From: Eledone cirrhosa
Taxonomy: Eukaryota
Assembly: GCA_964016885.1 (NCBI GenBank)
Contig: OZ024748.1
Span: 18,352,001 to 18,416,000, forward strand
DNA: 64,000 nt
Direction of reading: 5' to 3'
The notes under the pieces are model-generated. The model did no database searches. It saw only the letters and a program-made list of their open reading frames with translations, and was not told the origin of the DNA. This document shows positions 1 through 54,845 of the stretch, in pieces (within the stretch, counting starts at the first letter, position 1; each line of letters starts with the position of its first letter). The position numbers and the translations under genes are program-made.

Positions 1-31
1 TGTACCCCTTCCATGCACATGCACACGTGTG

Positions 32-281
32 TATCATGACTCGTGCGCTGTTCATTTTACTGATGTTTGTGCATTGCCCTATGTACTGTACATGCACTTT
101 TTTTGATGAGTTGTGGTGCACCTGGGCACTGTACACAATATTTCATTATTGTTATTATATCATGACTCGTACACTGTTCATTTTCCTGACATTTGTACAT
201 TATTCTATGTACTATACATGCACCTTTGATGAGTTGTAGTGCACCTGAGCACTGTACACAATAATTTCATTATTATTATTA
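32..281 (+). repeat. Two diverged tandem copies (about 125 bp) of a retroposon 3' end with (ATT)n tail
   Basis: tatcatgactcgt...gagttgtRgtgcacctgRgcactgtacacaata..ttcattatt occurs at about 32-157 and 158-281. Confidence 0.7.
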
Positions 282-339
282 TATAAACAGTTTTGTATTG
301 TAGAACCAGGGGCAGTTTCAGATGGTTTGGTTTCAAAAG

Positions 340-745
340 GGTTATAGTTAAATATTTTGTTTACTAAATTAATTGAAATGGTGTTCCTCCGAAGGGTGTT
401 TGGAGTAACATTACTCACTAGAGTGTATAGTTCTGAGATAAGGGAGTCACTCCAGGTAGAGCAATTACTTCTTTGAATTGAGAGATCACAGCCTAGATAT
501 TATGGATATGTGGTTAGAATGTCTCAGGAAAGAATCACTGGACAGATTTTACAGGCAAAAACCAACCAACAGGAGACTCAGGGGTAGCCCCCAAGCAAGA
601 TGGTTGGATAATAAACATCCTTGAGCTTGGCTGGTCTCACTTGGGGATCAATTGGAGACAGTTGCTTCTGACAGGACCTGCTGGAAGGTGTGTTTGAGGA
701 CTCTGCTCCCCACAATCCTCCCTGGAATAAATGTGGGAAGAAAAA
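340..745 (+). mobile_element. Highly decayed RTE-like LINE 3' fragment
   Basis: Broken frames resemble the RTE C-terminus (L..IERSQ.RYYG.V.RMSQER...RG.P..RWLD). Confidence 0.45.
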
Positions 746-1255
746 TTGTTAACGTAACCCATGATAAGATAGGAAGTGTTTTTGCTGATATCATGTGGTG
801 ATGTAATACATGTAATGTGTCAATAATTTTAGCTGAGAGACTAACATATTTGTAGATGTCATTAAGATAATTATTGTTACTTAGCTTTTTGATAATGATA
901 ACCGTGTTAGAAATTAGATTAAATTAAATTACTAATTCTCTCTTTCTCTCTCTCCAAATATTACTGGTTTACTTACTGCTGTTTGCTATCACTAATACAA
1001 CTACAATAACTACAACTATTACAATAATTACTGCTAGTACTATTATTTACTACTACTGTTGCTACTACAAATATTACTACGATAACTACTACTATTATAA
1101 TAACTGCTACAATAACTACTACTGCTACTACTGCCACTGCTGTCATGGTACCATACTCCTATAACCATGGCTCCCTTTAAGCCACTCATTGTGGAAACTT
1201 TCCTTAACTCCAGCTGGTTCTACTTCAGTAATGTCTTTTGTTTTTGTTTTAACAG

Positions 1256-42448
<41,193 letters not shown>

Positions 42449-44898
42449 AAGATAAACAAACAAACACACCAACAAATATTCTTCAGCTCTGTCACTTCTC
42501 AGATGTGTCTGCTATCATTTAACTATGTTTGCACAGCAACAAATATATGATAAATATATATATATATGCATATATATAAAAACCTCCCAAGAAGATGAAG
42601 AAAAAAATGAACTTTAAGTTCAGTATGATGAAGTTACTGACAACCAAGACAAGAAGGAATGGTTCATTTTTTTATTACTATTATTATTATTTGTTGTAAA
42701 CATGATTTGGATACTAAAAAACAAAAAAACAAAACAAAGGTTTTCTTTTCAGTTGCTGAACCAGACATCAGCCAAGGATCAAAGCCACAACACAACATAG
42801 CTGTCGTCTAATGGTAGCAATTTGTTGTGGAAGCTTTGCTAATATTTCAATGAATTTGGATTCAGTTTTAATTCCCCAGTTAATACAAATGTTTTCTGTT
42901 CTTTCTGTCTCTCAATTATATTATATTCATTGCTATCAACCTTCTTTTTCTTCTCTCTATCATCCAACATGAGCTAGATAATTATATATCAGCCCCCACA
43001 TGTTGCTGTCAGACTTCTGTCATACAACTACACACCCTAGACTTCCACGTGAATATGTATAGAGGCACATGTTGGTATTGATCTTCCATCAACTCTTCAA
43101 CACCACTCTAGACCTAGATTACTATATAGAGAGGTTTATGAGCCTTGTGATCTTTTCTCTATCATACAACTTTACCCAATACTAAGATATATAGACACAT
43201 ATTGCTCTCTTGTTTTCTACATAATAGAACTAGATGGATATACCGAGAGACACGTTGCTGGTTATCATTTCTATCAATCCTCTCCTTGATCTAGGGTACT
43301 ACATAGTCCAAAGGTCAGCTGGATTAGTTAATGGAAGTTTCAATGTTATCTTTATCCCACTTACTGATACTTGAAGATGGCAACAGAGCCTTAACTAATC
43401 ATATATCATCTCTCTCTACATGTATGTATACATAAATATACATACATGTATGTAAATATATGGCCTCAGTCTAATCACTGTGTGTGTGTATGTGTATATA
43501 TATATATATATATATTAAATATTGTTCTCACCTTCCTCTATTTGGTGATTTTTTTTTTTTCTCCTTTTTATTGATTCTATTTTTGTAACCTCAAAGTTTG
43601 GAAACTAGAATTATCGGTTTATATTTTCCTTCACTAATTTAAAATTGATTGTTACAGAGGAATCAATAAACACATATATATGTAAAGAAAAACAAATAAA
43701 AATAAATTCAAAGAAATAATTGATAATTTTTTGGATTAAAAGGTTTTATAATTACTTTTTAATTTATTTTATTGATTTAATTTTTTTTTTTCTTTATATT
43801 TGTGAGATTGTCTTTAAGACAGATTGTTAACCGTTCCAGATCTGGTTATTTGTGAATCTTTCCATTATATTTCTCTTCTACTTAGTTTCCTGTGAGATGA
43901 GATTCTTTGTTTCTTCACAGTTTAGAACTTAGAGATTTTATTAGGCTCTCTTAGAAGACATTTGTTGTGAATTCTTCTAATGAAGGGGATGGGTGAGAAC
44001 AGGTGAGATAGTAGAATGAGAAGTATATGTTGGGGGTGGAAGATATTCTGTAGTCTACTAAAATGTGACCCTGTCTAATAAAGAAAAAAGGGTGTGAGTT
44101 AGTGGGTGGGTAGACAAGGGGGTATGTATTTTGCTGTTGTTGATTTTTGTTATATATATTTTTCCACAAATTGCTATTGTCAATCCCCACTGTTTTCCGA
44201 AGTGGGAGCAGCAGAAATTTATGAATTTCTAAAGTTTAACTTTTATATTGAAGCTAAATATTACTACTACTACTATACATACACATAAGACTTGCCTCAG
44301 GCAGTTACTACTACTACTATTACTTATATAGCCTTGCCTCAGGCTGCTGCAACTACTACTATTATTATATAACCTTGCCTCTGGAGGTTAAAGTTAGAGA
44401 GGGACCAACATTCATATCACACTCTTCAAATAATTCAGCTTTGATATTTAAGTTAGGGGGGTGGGGTAGTCAGTTGATAACCAGTAGTTAGTTAAGAAGT
44501 TTAACAAATAAATAGATGATATTAAATTCTAAGAGTTTCTATAATGTTAGATGACTGGTTGTTTTATGTATTACTCAGCTTAGTTTTGTTACTATTAGTA
44601 CTGTTAGTATTAGTAATATTGTTGACACAGTGTGGTCAAAAGGTAAAGAAGTTTACTTTGTGTTTAATTGCACTGTGTGACATTTTAGGCAAGTATCATT
44701 TATGATAGGCTCAACTTGACCAATGTCTTGAGTGAACTGTAGATGGACTGTACCTGTAATTCAAAGAGGCCCTGACTTGTCATACACTGTTACCTGGTTC
44801 TTCACATCTCTATGAAATGCTCAGCCACTTTCACGTTGATTTTCACGAACAGGTTGTTCCATTTATTATTCTGATATTTTATATATATTGATTAAACT

Positions 44899-44931
<33 letters not shown>

Positions 44932-44939
<8 letters not shown>

Positions 44940-45032
44940 AGATTCAGGACCCTGACAGCTGAGCTCTGGCTGTTTCGACAGTTAGTTCAGATCTAGCTGT
45001 CGAAACGGCCAGAGTCCTGAATCTTTTCATAT
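44932..45032. repeat. About 100-bp imperfect palindrome next to a (TA)n tract
   Basis: atatgaaaagattcaggac..ctctggctgtttcgacagttag / ctagctgtcgaaacggccagag tcctgaatcttttcatat. Confidence 0.85.
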
Positions 45033-45183
45033 TACCCACTCTACTACCCCAAGTATTGAGTACTCTGATATATATATATATATATATTGTATGTATGTAA
45101 AAGGTAAACAGAAATAACAACACAATCGGTACAGTATATGGAAGGAATATATTAGGTTAATGCTTGATATAGCAGGAAGAGGG

Positions 45184-45219
45184 TCTTAACGTTTCTGATG
45201 CTAGTCCTTCATCAGAAGA
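45184..45219 (-). ncRNA. Degenerate minimal hammerhead motif (Penelope-type)
   Basis: Minus strand UCUU-CUGAUGA-AGGACUAGCAUCA-GAAA-CG-UU^AAGA; 4-bp stem I, palindromic AACGUU, weak stem II. Confidence 0.5.
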
Positions 45220-45316
45220 AAGAAAGAGAAATTAAAAAATTTGAAGGGACGGGTGGGGCGGAATCGGAAAAAATGTTTATAAAGAAAAATAACAGGTCTG
45301 TCCATGTTGCATCTCT

Positions 45317-45347
<31 letters not shown>

Positions 45348-48077
45348 TTTGTAAGGTTTTTTTTATATGAAATCGTGTGTTGAAACAATATATATATATA
45401 TATCTATCCAAGATACGGTGCAGCCAACTGGCCAGACTTCTCTCATAACGTGGACGACCCGTCTAACACATGCAAGCATGAAAAATAGATGTTAAACTGT
45501 GATGATGATATACATATATATATATATATATATGTACCTATATATATATATATACACACACATATACAGATCTGTTATAGATTTAGAAAATAAAATCCAT
45601 TCCAGTATTACTATTACTACTGCTATTCTTTGATTCCTCAAACTTTGTAATATTTTACTTGTCTTTCGTTTGGAATTTTAACTCTTAACATCCTGTACCT
45701 CATGAAACCACATTAAGTAAAACATCACAATTATCTGACCACTAGTAAAGATACTATAAACATTTGAATAAAGCTTTTTAGACATCTTCTACGAAATCAT
45801 TACAGGGTGTTGAGAGTTAAAGTATCCACCTTCTCCCTCTCTTGTCTCACATTTTTATCCCCCACCCACCCCTGTTTAATCCAAAATATGAATTCCAAAT
45901 CTATGGCTCAAGATCTTTAATCTCTCTTTTTTCTTCCCTACTTCTTGTTTCTTTCTTTCCCCAATACCATTAATTTCAGTTCTGCATTGTCATAAATCTG
46001 TGATAACTCTTAAAATATTTCCATATATGGACAATGGACATTCTTAAAACTGTTGCTACACACTGATCTGATGAACATTATTATTATTTCTACTGGTTTC
46101 TTCTATTTTGTGTGTGTATATTATATATATATACACACACACACATACATGTGTCTGTATTTTGAAAGGCTTGTGTTACACATATTTGGTGGTGGGGGTA
46201 GTGGAACCACTGCCCTTCATATACATCAGTTGCAGGGTGTTTTTACTGCCTCCCCTTCCCCCAATACCATCTGCAGGCAGTGTAGGAACATATATACATA
46301 AAACATAAATATATAAAAACTACAATTCATACTAAAGAACTGTAATAAAAATGTTAAAACTGTCTGTTTGGAATACAAACAATCAATTGTCTGTCTATTC
46401 ATTCATTAAACACATCTTAAGTAATTTGGTGTTTTTTTTTTCTTTTTATTTAAATATTGTATATATTTTGGTAATTAATATTTTGATGTATTCAACCATA
46501 ATATATCATCATCGTTTAACATCCATTTTTCTACACAAGCATGGGTTAAACCGGTTGTCTGTTTGAGGCATGTCGGGTCAAGTGGACATGTCTTGCTTAT
46601 ACAGAACTGTTTCTGGCTGGATACCTTTCCTAATGCCACATTTGCAGTGTGTGCTGGCTACTTTATGTAGATATAACTGACAATTTAGCGTCTATGAAGA
46701 ATGGTCAAAAATATTTCAGCCATGACCACCCTCACCTGTTTGAAGACAGTAAGGGCATAATTGGTTGTTGTTGAGCACATTAATCTAAAGATTATGTTCT
46801 ACTTACCCGACAGTGACCACCAATATTGCCATAAAATGTGGAGTCATTTGTTTGCAGAGTGTAGTTTCATTATCTGTGGTGTGACAGTTTCTGGTATCTT
46901 AGCTGTAGAATCAGGGAGTTTGTGTTTCATAGGTTGGTTTGACAGTGAGGTTTCTTTAAACAAGACACTCAGCTCTTCCTGCTTTCCCTTCACATTTATC
47001 TGGTATTAAAGTTGTTAATGATGGCAAGGTATCTTTGAACAAACTGGTAGCACCTTGGGCAAGTGGCTTCAGACAGAGTTAGGTCTCTTTTGAATAAAAT
47101 TTGATAGGTGTAAACTGTAAAGAGGCTTATCAAAGGTGTAGACATGACTGTGTGGTTTTAACTTCTAAACATGTGGTAACAACTGTGTATCACCTTAATA
47201 AGTGCAACTATCCTCTTCTATATAGCCTAGGAGAAACCAATGCCTTGTGAGTGAATTTGGCAGACAGAAACACTGTGGAAGCCTGTCAAATATATATAAT
47301 TACATTTGTTGGTGTATGCATCCGAAATGATAAGTCTGTGAATCATTACTATACTAAAGGCGTATGGGTTGGTGACAGAAAGGGCCATGGACATAGCAAA
47401 AATAAATACAAAATATGTTGTTACTGACCATAGTTATACAGGTTCAGCAGACCTCCTAAAAGGTTGCATCTCATAGGAGGTTTCTTGATTGTTTTAATGA
47501 TAGGGGACTTGACCCTCTCATAAACACATGAAATGAAGCATCTTGCTCAAGAACACATGCCACCTAGTCCAGAAATTGAACCAACACCCTAACCACTAAG
47601 CCACACTCCAAATATATAAATGAATGGATTAAAACAAAGCAAATCCCAAAAGAAAAGGAGCTAGAGAGAGACAGATAAAAGACAATTTTATTATTATTTA
47701 CAGCGTTTATTTAAGAATGTATCTTTAAAATTATTTGTTAAACTGCAACCATGACCACCACTGCTAAAAGAGAAGGTGGTGGTGGTAGTTGGGGTTTCAA
47801 TAGCAATTCACAATTTCTACATTTATATATATAAGCATGGCCAACCTGTCAGTTGGTCGTTTTGGTGCCACAATGTAAAAGTGGTTGGCGTTAGGAAGTG
47901 CACCCAGCCATAGAAACCAAGCTCAAAACAGTTCTGTGTGTGCAAGATCTGACTTGCCTCAATGCAAGAACTCATGTAACCTATGACCGTTAAAAAGTGA
48001 TGAATGGCGTTGCTGACTGCCTAGGAGGCCTGCTAAACATACATAAGTGGCAGCTGTAAATTTATTTTGAAAAACAA

Positions 48078-48358
48078 TCAATAATTTGGAGGAACGAACG
48101 ATACAGTTTTAGAAAAATATAAAAAGTTGATGATGAGAATGGTAATAAATACAGTAAATAATGCAGAGTTCTTGCCAGTTATCATATTTGACATGTTCTT
48201 TTTAATACCATGTGTCACCTCAAGTGTCTCGATGTCAACGGAATTACAAAGATTCTTGTCGCAGCTATAGCGACACGATATCATACCACTGACCTCCGCA
48301 CATCTGTTTATTAAACGATCACTGCAACCACGGAAGAACGACCGGACTTCACCAGTGT
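48078..48358 (-). CDS. Ly6-like gene terminal exon
   Basis: ttttcAG acceptor; FFRGC...CRYSCDKNLCN, then hydrophobic tail and TGA. Confidence 0.87.
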
Positions 48359-51300
48359 CTGAAAATAAGAACGAAAACAGAAAAATACATAAGATTACCT
48401 CCCACATTTTCTACTGGTTATGCTGAAAACTCCACCAATTTAACAGCTAGCCACGTTTTCCATCGATATTCTTTAGACAGAAATGTAAAGCAAAGAATCC
48501 ACATTTTACAGGGAGATAACTTCGATTTAATAATAGTTTCTTTATTAACCACAAATGGTTTACATCAAGAAAAACATTGTGACAGTACAGGACGAAAATA
48601 TAGTGGGAGGGGGGGGGCATGGAAACAAATTTTAACAATGCAAAAAAAAAATGATTTTTTTTTACTCAAATCATTTCATGAATATATATATATATAGGTA
48701 TGTGTTGGACTTCAGAAGGAGGCCAGCTATATACACACACACAGACATGTGTTGGACTTCATATGGTGGCCAGTTAGATACACACATAGGTGTGAGCTGT
48801 AACAACATGATAGTATTGGGGCTCCTCTATGTTTAAAACATCTAAAACCTCCCATTGTAACTCCGTAAGAGGCCAAGCAAACCTATAGAGGTGTAAGCTG
48901 TATCATCGACAAGCTAGGACTGGGGCTCCTATTATTAAAATACCCAAGAAACCTTTATGAGATGGAACACCATAGGAGGTCAAGCTAAAGCTACATCAGT
49001 GTGATCTGTAACAACATTATAGACCTGTGAGTCCTATCATTAAAACACCCAAGAATCCTTATATGAGGCCAACTAAATCTTACATACATGTGAGCTGTAA
49101 TAACATAAGGCTAGAGGATCCTACCGTTAAACTCCCTAAGAAACCACCTAGGAGAAGTAACCTTATAGGAGGCCAGCTAAATTTTACATAGACGTGAGAT
49201 GTAAATTTCATTTTCCTTTCAAGCATTTGAACTGTCATTGCTTTGAGGATACCTTCCTCTCCTGTTCCCCCCCCCCCCACTCTGAGACCTCCTCCACTAC
49301 CACTCATGGAGGCCCTGACTTGAAGATACCTTCTTCTCTCAGAGGCCTTCAGGATATCAACCCCCTACCATTCATTGAGGCCCTGACAACCCCTCCCCGA
49401 CTAAGAAAAAACTTTACAGGAATATGTTTAGGATTATTCTGGAGAAATGGCCTTAACATCAACGTCTTTGATCTTCTATAATCTCCTATTGTTGTTGTTA
49501 TTGCTGCTGCTGCTGTTGTCCAAGTAAAATATGCCATCAAGGCCATTAGCAAGAGTAAAAGCAAACTATTTACCAACTCTGTCCACAGACATAATACCTC
49601 AATCAATAAAGACACTGTGTGTACTGCAGAAGTTGATACAATGTAGCAGTCACCCCACTCCGCCCCCATGCTGTCTCTCTTAGTGAAGGTAGAAGAGTTA
49701 ACCACACTGCCATACTGTCTTTATTGGCAGAGATAGGAGTTGACCACACCCCCACACTGTCAATCACTGCAGTAGAGTTTCTAAGGCTCTCTTGAAAAGA
49801 CAATTATGTCAACCTCAGTATGTGGCTGGTACTTTATTCTATCGACCCCGGGAGGATGAAAAACAAAGTGACCTCAGCAGTATTTGAAATCAAAACATAA
49901 AGAGCAGGAACAAATATTACAAAGAAGTTGTCCAACTTTAACAACTCCGTCACTCTACTGCCTTCAATAACTACCATAGGAATAGTAATAATCATTTTTA
50001 AAAAAACCCCATACACTGGCAGATACATAAACAAAACCACCAAGACTTACAATATGTACAATACATAGATAATAGCAAAACTAGGCACTGCACGCACATT
50101 ATGAAGAGTACAGTTCTGCCTGCTACTGGTATCATATACAACCTGCTTCATGGTTGGCAACTAAAAGGTCCCCCCCCCTCCCACTAGCATAAAAAACAAG
50201 AGTTGTTAAACGGGTGGATGAACTCCTCAGAGTTAAAGGACATACATCCTCACCAACCCACAATTGGCCAATTGTGGTGAGTACAGCTATATCTCTGACA
50301 TGGCCAAAACCGAACAGAAAATGGTGAAGGTTAACCAAGGAGATACAATAGAAATAACTGCAAATACCCAAGGCATACAAAGCGGTGCTCGGTAATGCAG
50401 TCACGACATGCAATAATAATGATAATTCATAGAAAAATGAGAAAACTCAATGCTAGAACAGCTAAATGCTGTCAAAGACAGCAATTGGCAGAAATGGCTC
50501 AGGACAGAGACCAGTGGTTGGCAGAGAGACAATCAATAATAACTTATGATTTAAGCACAAGGCCAATAATTTTGGGGGAGGGAAGTTAATTAAGTCAACC
50601 CCAGTGCTAAACTGGTGCTTTATTTTATCGACCCTGTAAGGATGGAAAGCAAAGCTAACCTCGGTGGGATTTGAACTCAGATGGTAAAGGGACGTAACTA
50701 AATACCACAAAGTAAATTGTCCTATGCTCTGCCAATCCAGTCCTAAAAATAATAATAATAGTTTCTTATATAGGCACAAGGCCAGCAATTTGAAGGGGGA
50801 AGAGAAAGTCAATGAAATCGATCCCAGTGCATTACTGATACTTTATTTATCGACCCTGTAAAGATGAAAGGCAAAGCTAACCTCGGCGGGATTTAAACTG
50901 AGAACGTGAAGGGCTGCAAAGCATGTCTGACGCTCTACCGATTCTGCCAATCCACAATAATAATAACAATAAGAAAAATAATAAGACTAACCTTTCTTCC
51001 TTTCACTCAGAATGATACAACTTAATTCACATCTGATGAGGTTCATTGACTTGTTGAAGTAGTCAGTACATTCTATTCCTTGTTTCGTGGATGTGATGGT
51101 GTATTGACATGAATAACACATTTCACGACATTGTGCTATAGGAGTAAGAGAGGTAGATGAAACAGACACTCACATATTATATTTATATATATACATGTTC
51201 ATTTTATTAAAGCTAAATAATGAGTTTTGTAACCCTGGAGTTACACCTGCTTCCCACAGGGTCATCAGATGTTAATTTTTATTTTTGATCCTTACAGAAT

Positions 51301-52812
51301 TGATAAAATAAAATACCAGTGAAATACTTGGATCAATGTAAACTGACTTATCCTCCCCACTAAATTGCAGACTTTAACCCTTTAGCATTTAAACCGACTG
51401 TATCTGGCCAGAATTCTCTCAACTTTTTCTATTCAAACCAGCCACAACCTGCCATGAATACTGATGTTAAGGTATTATTCTCAAAATAAATAACATCAAA
51501 ATGTCATAGCTTCGATATTATGTGAAATAAAACCTTCACCATGAAAATACAATAGTAAAGACAGAGTAATGTAAATGATAAAGGGTGCTAAAGGCTACAA
51601 GTTAGGTACACTTAGCATACAATTTTATAAGGTATTCAGTTCTCTTGGTGGCGAGAGCTGGATACCTAAGGCCATTTAAAGAACACCACAGATCCACAAT
51701 CACCCTGACCTCCAAGGGCAAGTGCCCTCTTCCAACTATTGCCGTCTTTCACCCACCTTTTGGTAATTTTACTGGAGGAAAGCACCTCACCTTCTTTTCC
51801 AAGTGAAACAATGATTTCTTTATTAGCCACAAAGGTTTGACATGAAGAAAACATTAACCCTTTAGCATTTAAACCAACCATATCTGGCCAGAATTCTCTC
51901 ACCTCTTACTGTTCAAACCAGCCATAACTGGCCACTCATACTGATGTTAGGGTATTGTTCTCAAAATGTCATAGATTCAATATTATGTGAGATAATCATG
52001 TAAGGTAAAGCCTATACTGTGAAAATAAAATAGTAAATATAGAGTAATGTAAATGGTAAAGAGTTAAAGATGGTACAGAATGATTAAATGGGGGTCTTTT
52101 TGTGTAAAATGTTTAACAGAATTAACAAATGTAAAATTTATAAAGAGGAGACTTCCAAGGGTCACTCCTTGTGAAAGCCACAGCCACTCTGACTGCCAGG
52201 GCAAGTGCTCCCACCCATACTCAGAGTAGGCCCTTTCACTCATGCTCAATACTCTCATTCACCTTTCAACTAAGTAGCTAGAAGGTAGCAATCCCCCCCC
52301 CCACATACGACAACAGCCTTTGACAATGAGGACAATAGAAGGACAGAGCTTACATCAAGTAACGACAGTCGATAACAACAATAGATGGAATAGTAAAGCT
52401 GATTCAATCAACCCTTAGTACATTACTGGTATTTTATTTTATTGACCCTGAAAGAGTTGAACGCAGAATGTAAAGGGCTGTAACTATATGCCACAAAGCA
52501 TGTTGCCCAACACTCTACTGATACTTTCTGTAAATATAATAATTGTTTCTACTTTTGGCACAAAGCCAGCAATTTGAAGGGGAGGGGAAAGTCAATTAAA
52601 TCAACCCCAGTACATTACTGGTGCTTTATTTTATCGACCCCGTAAGGATGAAAGGCAAAGTTAACCTCAACAGAATGTAAACGGCCATAACTCTATGCTG
52701 CAAAGCATATTGTATGACACTTTTACCGATATTGCAAATCAATAATAACAGTAATAATGTTTGTCTTACCTGCTGATGCCATGATGAGAAGGACTGCAAA
52801 GATGATAATCAT
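48078..52812 (-). CDS. Ly6/uPAR (three-finger, quiver/sleepless-like) membrane-anchored protein, about 155 aa: complement(join(48078..48358,50992..51135,52770..52812))
   Basis: Two phase-1 GT-AG introns join signal peptide MIIIFAVLLIMASAAQC, a 10-Cys domain (CYSC..C..CELSC..RGC..C..CRYSCDKNLCN) and a hydrophobic C-terminus (SALFTVFITILIINFLYF). The start may extend upstream through a further exon. Confidence 0.85.
50536..50952 (-). mobile_element. Two tandem SINE family A copies in the Ly6-like gene intron
   Basis: Body repeated at about 50536-50735 and 50750-50952, each with (TAA)n tail and pol III boxes on the minus strand. Confidence 0.85.
50992..51135 (-). CDS. Ly6-like gene exon 2
   Basis: ctcctatAG / GTtagt; QCREMCYSCQYTITSTKQGIECTDYFNKSMNLIRCELSCIILSERKK. 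Confidence 0.87.
51378..51585. mobile_element. piggyBac-type MITE
   Basis: TTAA|CCCTTTAGCATTT ... AAATGATAAAGGG termini; four related copies in the window. Confidence 0.75.
51858..52063. mobile_element. piggyBac-type MITE
   Basis: TTAA on both sides; TIR CCCTTTAGCATTT / AAATGGTAAAGAG. Confidence 0.8.
52395..52738 (-). mobile_element. Two tandem SINE family A copies (one partial)
   Basis: Same body as the other family A copies. Confidence 0.75.
52770..52812 (-). CDS. Ly6-like gene signal-peptide exon
   Basis: ATG..MIIIFAVLLIMASA then G|GTAAGA donor. Confidence 0.75.
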
Positions 52813-53113
52813 GATAAACAATGTTTGATGGAAAATTAACGATGTTAGCTCTTAAAATATAATCAGAGAATTTAGTGACACACACTCAGGTTTGTACGGA
52901 GATATCTGAGTGAAGCTGTAGTTTATATCGAAAGAAAATATCAAGATGGTGACAGAGTTTAGTAACACACACACACAGAGGTTTGTACATAGATGTCTAT
53001 GTGAGGGTGTCGTTTATATATATATAATCCTGTTCGTTTTTACATCACTTTTCTATGCTGGCGCGAGTTGGACGGGACTTTTTGATGAAATGTTTGACAG
53101 TCAGATGCCCTTC

Positions 53114-53380
53114 GTGAGAGGATGCTGTGTATCTGTAGTTTATATAGCAAGAGAGTTTAGTCAGGACACACTAGTCTATAGTGAGAGGATGCTGTGTAGC
53201 TGTAGTTTATATAGCAAGAGAGTTTAGTCAGGACACACTAGTCTATAGTGAGAGGATGCTGTGTAGCTGTAGTTTATATAGCAAGAGAGTATAGTCAGGA
53301 CACACTAGTCTATGGCAAGAGGACGCTGTGATTTATATGTCCAGAGAGGTTAGTCAGGACACACACTGGTCTATAGTGTG
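53114..53380. repeat. 67-bp minisatellite, about 4 copies
   Basis: gtgagaggatgctgtg... starts at 53114, 53181 and 53248. Confidence 0.92.
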
Positions 53381-53936
53381 AGTAAAGAAACAAGTATTTG
53401 TGGTTATTTATATATACAACTGTGTCAATAGAAAATGGAGATCCAGTCACAGCACTCACTATATATTCACTCCACTACTACATACACCCCCTACACACGC
53501 ATATATAAACAAACATTAACACACATTCAGATACATACATAAACACACAAATCTACACATTCACAGATACATACATATATATAAATATGCAGATACACAC
53601 TACAGAAAAAGAAAACATATATTCACACATCCTACATATATACACACATATGCCTCCTAGTTATATACATTCACACACAAATACATACACCTTTATAAAC
53701 AAACATTCACACACACCAACCACAACAGACCAGTAAATCCAGCTCTTGAGTAAAAACACTGGGTTTGGTTATTAGTCTTCCTGTCTTCCTATTTTAAATC
53801 CAGTTAATTTGAGTCAATAAAGAGGAGATTCTAAAGAAATAGGTTAGCTGCACTCCCAAACAAGAAAAATAAAATAAGACAACACAATTATGTAAATACT
53901 TGGGTGTGTATATATAAATATATACACACATACAAC

Positions 53937-54102
53937 CGTTTCTACTTTTGGCACAAGGCCAGCAATTATCCCAGTGTATTACTGGTGCTTTATTTTATTG
54001 ACCCTGTAAGGATGAAAGGCTAAGTTAACCTCGGTGGGATTTGAACTCAGAACGTAAAGGAGCGTAACTCTATGCTGCAAAGCAAGGCGTCCGACCCTCC
54101 AA
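53937..54102 (-). mobile_element. SINE family A
   Basis: Shared body; B box gagttcaaatcc on the minus strand. Confidence 0.8.
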
Positions 54103-54250
54103 TTAGTTAAATGTATGTGTGTATGTATATATATAGTTAAATATGTGTGTGTATATACTGTAGTGCTCTTCATTGCAGCTGGAGATGGCCATGTAGAGGA
54201 GGGAAGAAAGCGAACTGGCCAATATAGGAACCACAGACTCAACTGCAATA

Positions 54251-54390
54251 TCCCACACATACTGAACTTGTGGACCAGATGTCCCACACATACTGAACTT
54301 GTGGACCAGATGTCCCACACATACTGAACTTGTGGACCAGATGTCCCACACATACTGAACTTGTGGACCATATGCCCCATACATACTGAA
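54251..54390. repeat. 31-bp minisatellite, about 4.5 copies
   Basis: tcccacacatactgaacttgtggaccagatg head-to-tail. Confidence 0.95.
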
Positions 54391-54589
54391 GCTCAGACAC
54401 AGAAAATAACTGCAATTATAGTCAGTTGCTATAACAGGTGAAGACCCTTAGAGATGGAAAAAAATGGATTTGGCATAAATTAGAAATTACCAGTAATGTT
54501 GTTAGGAACATTTTACCTCTCATTAGGTGTCACTTCCAACCTACACATACCACAAACTTTTCAATCTACATCCACTAGCTATCTCTATC

Positions 54590-54845
54590 TACATAACATC
54601 ACCCATAATGTAAAGCCCAGCTGCCCCTACCCAGATAACATCAGCCACAATGTAAAGCCTAGCTGTCCCTGCATGGATAACATCACCTAGCTGTCCCTTC
54701 CTAGATAAAAATCACCCACAATGTAGAGCCCAGCTGTCCCTGCCTGGATAAAGTCAGCCACAATGTAAAGCCCAGCTGTCTGTCTGGATAACATCACCCA
54801 CAATCCATACAATGTAAAGTCCAACTTTCCCTGCCTGGATAACAT
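54590..54845. repeat. About 43-bp degenerate minisatellite
   Basis: gataacatcaSccacaatgtaaagcccagctgtccct units. Confidence 0.85.

Noticed and set aside
54251-54390. CRISPR-like 31-bp repeats (also 53114-53380 and 3515-3675)
   Set aside because: Head-to-tail units with no unique spacers, no cas genes, eukaryotic context.
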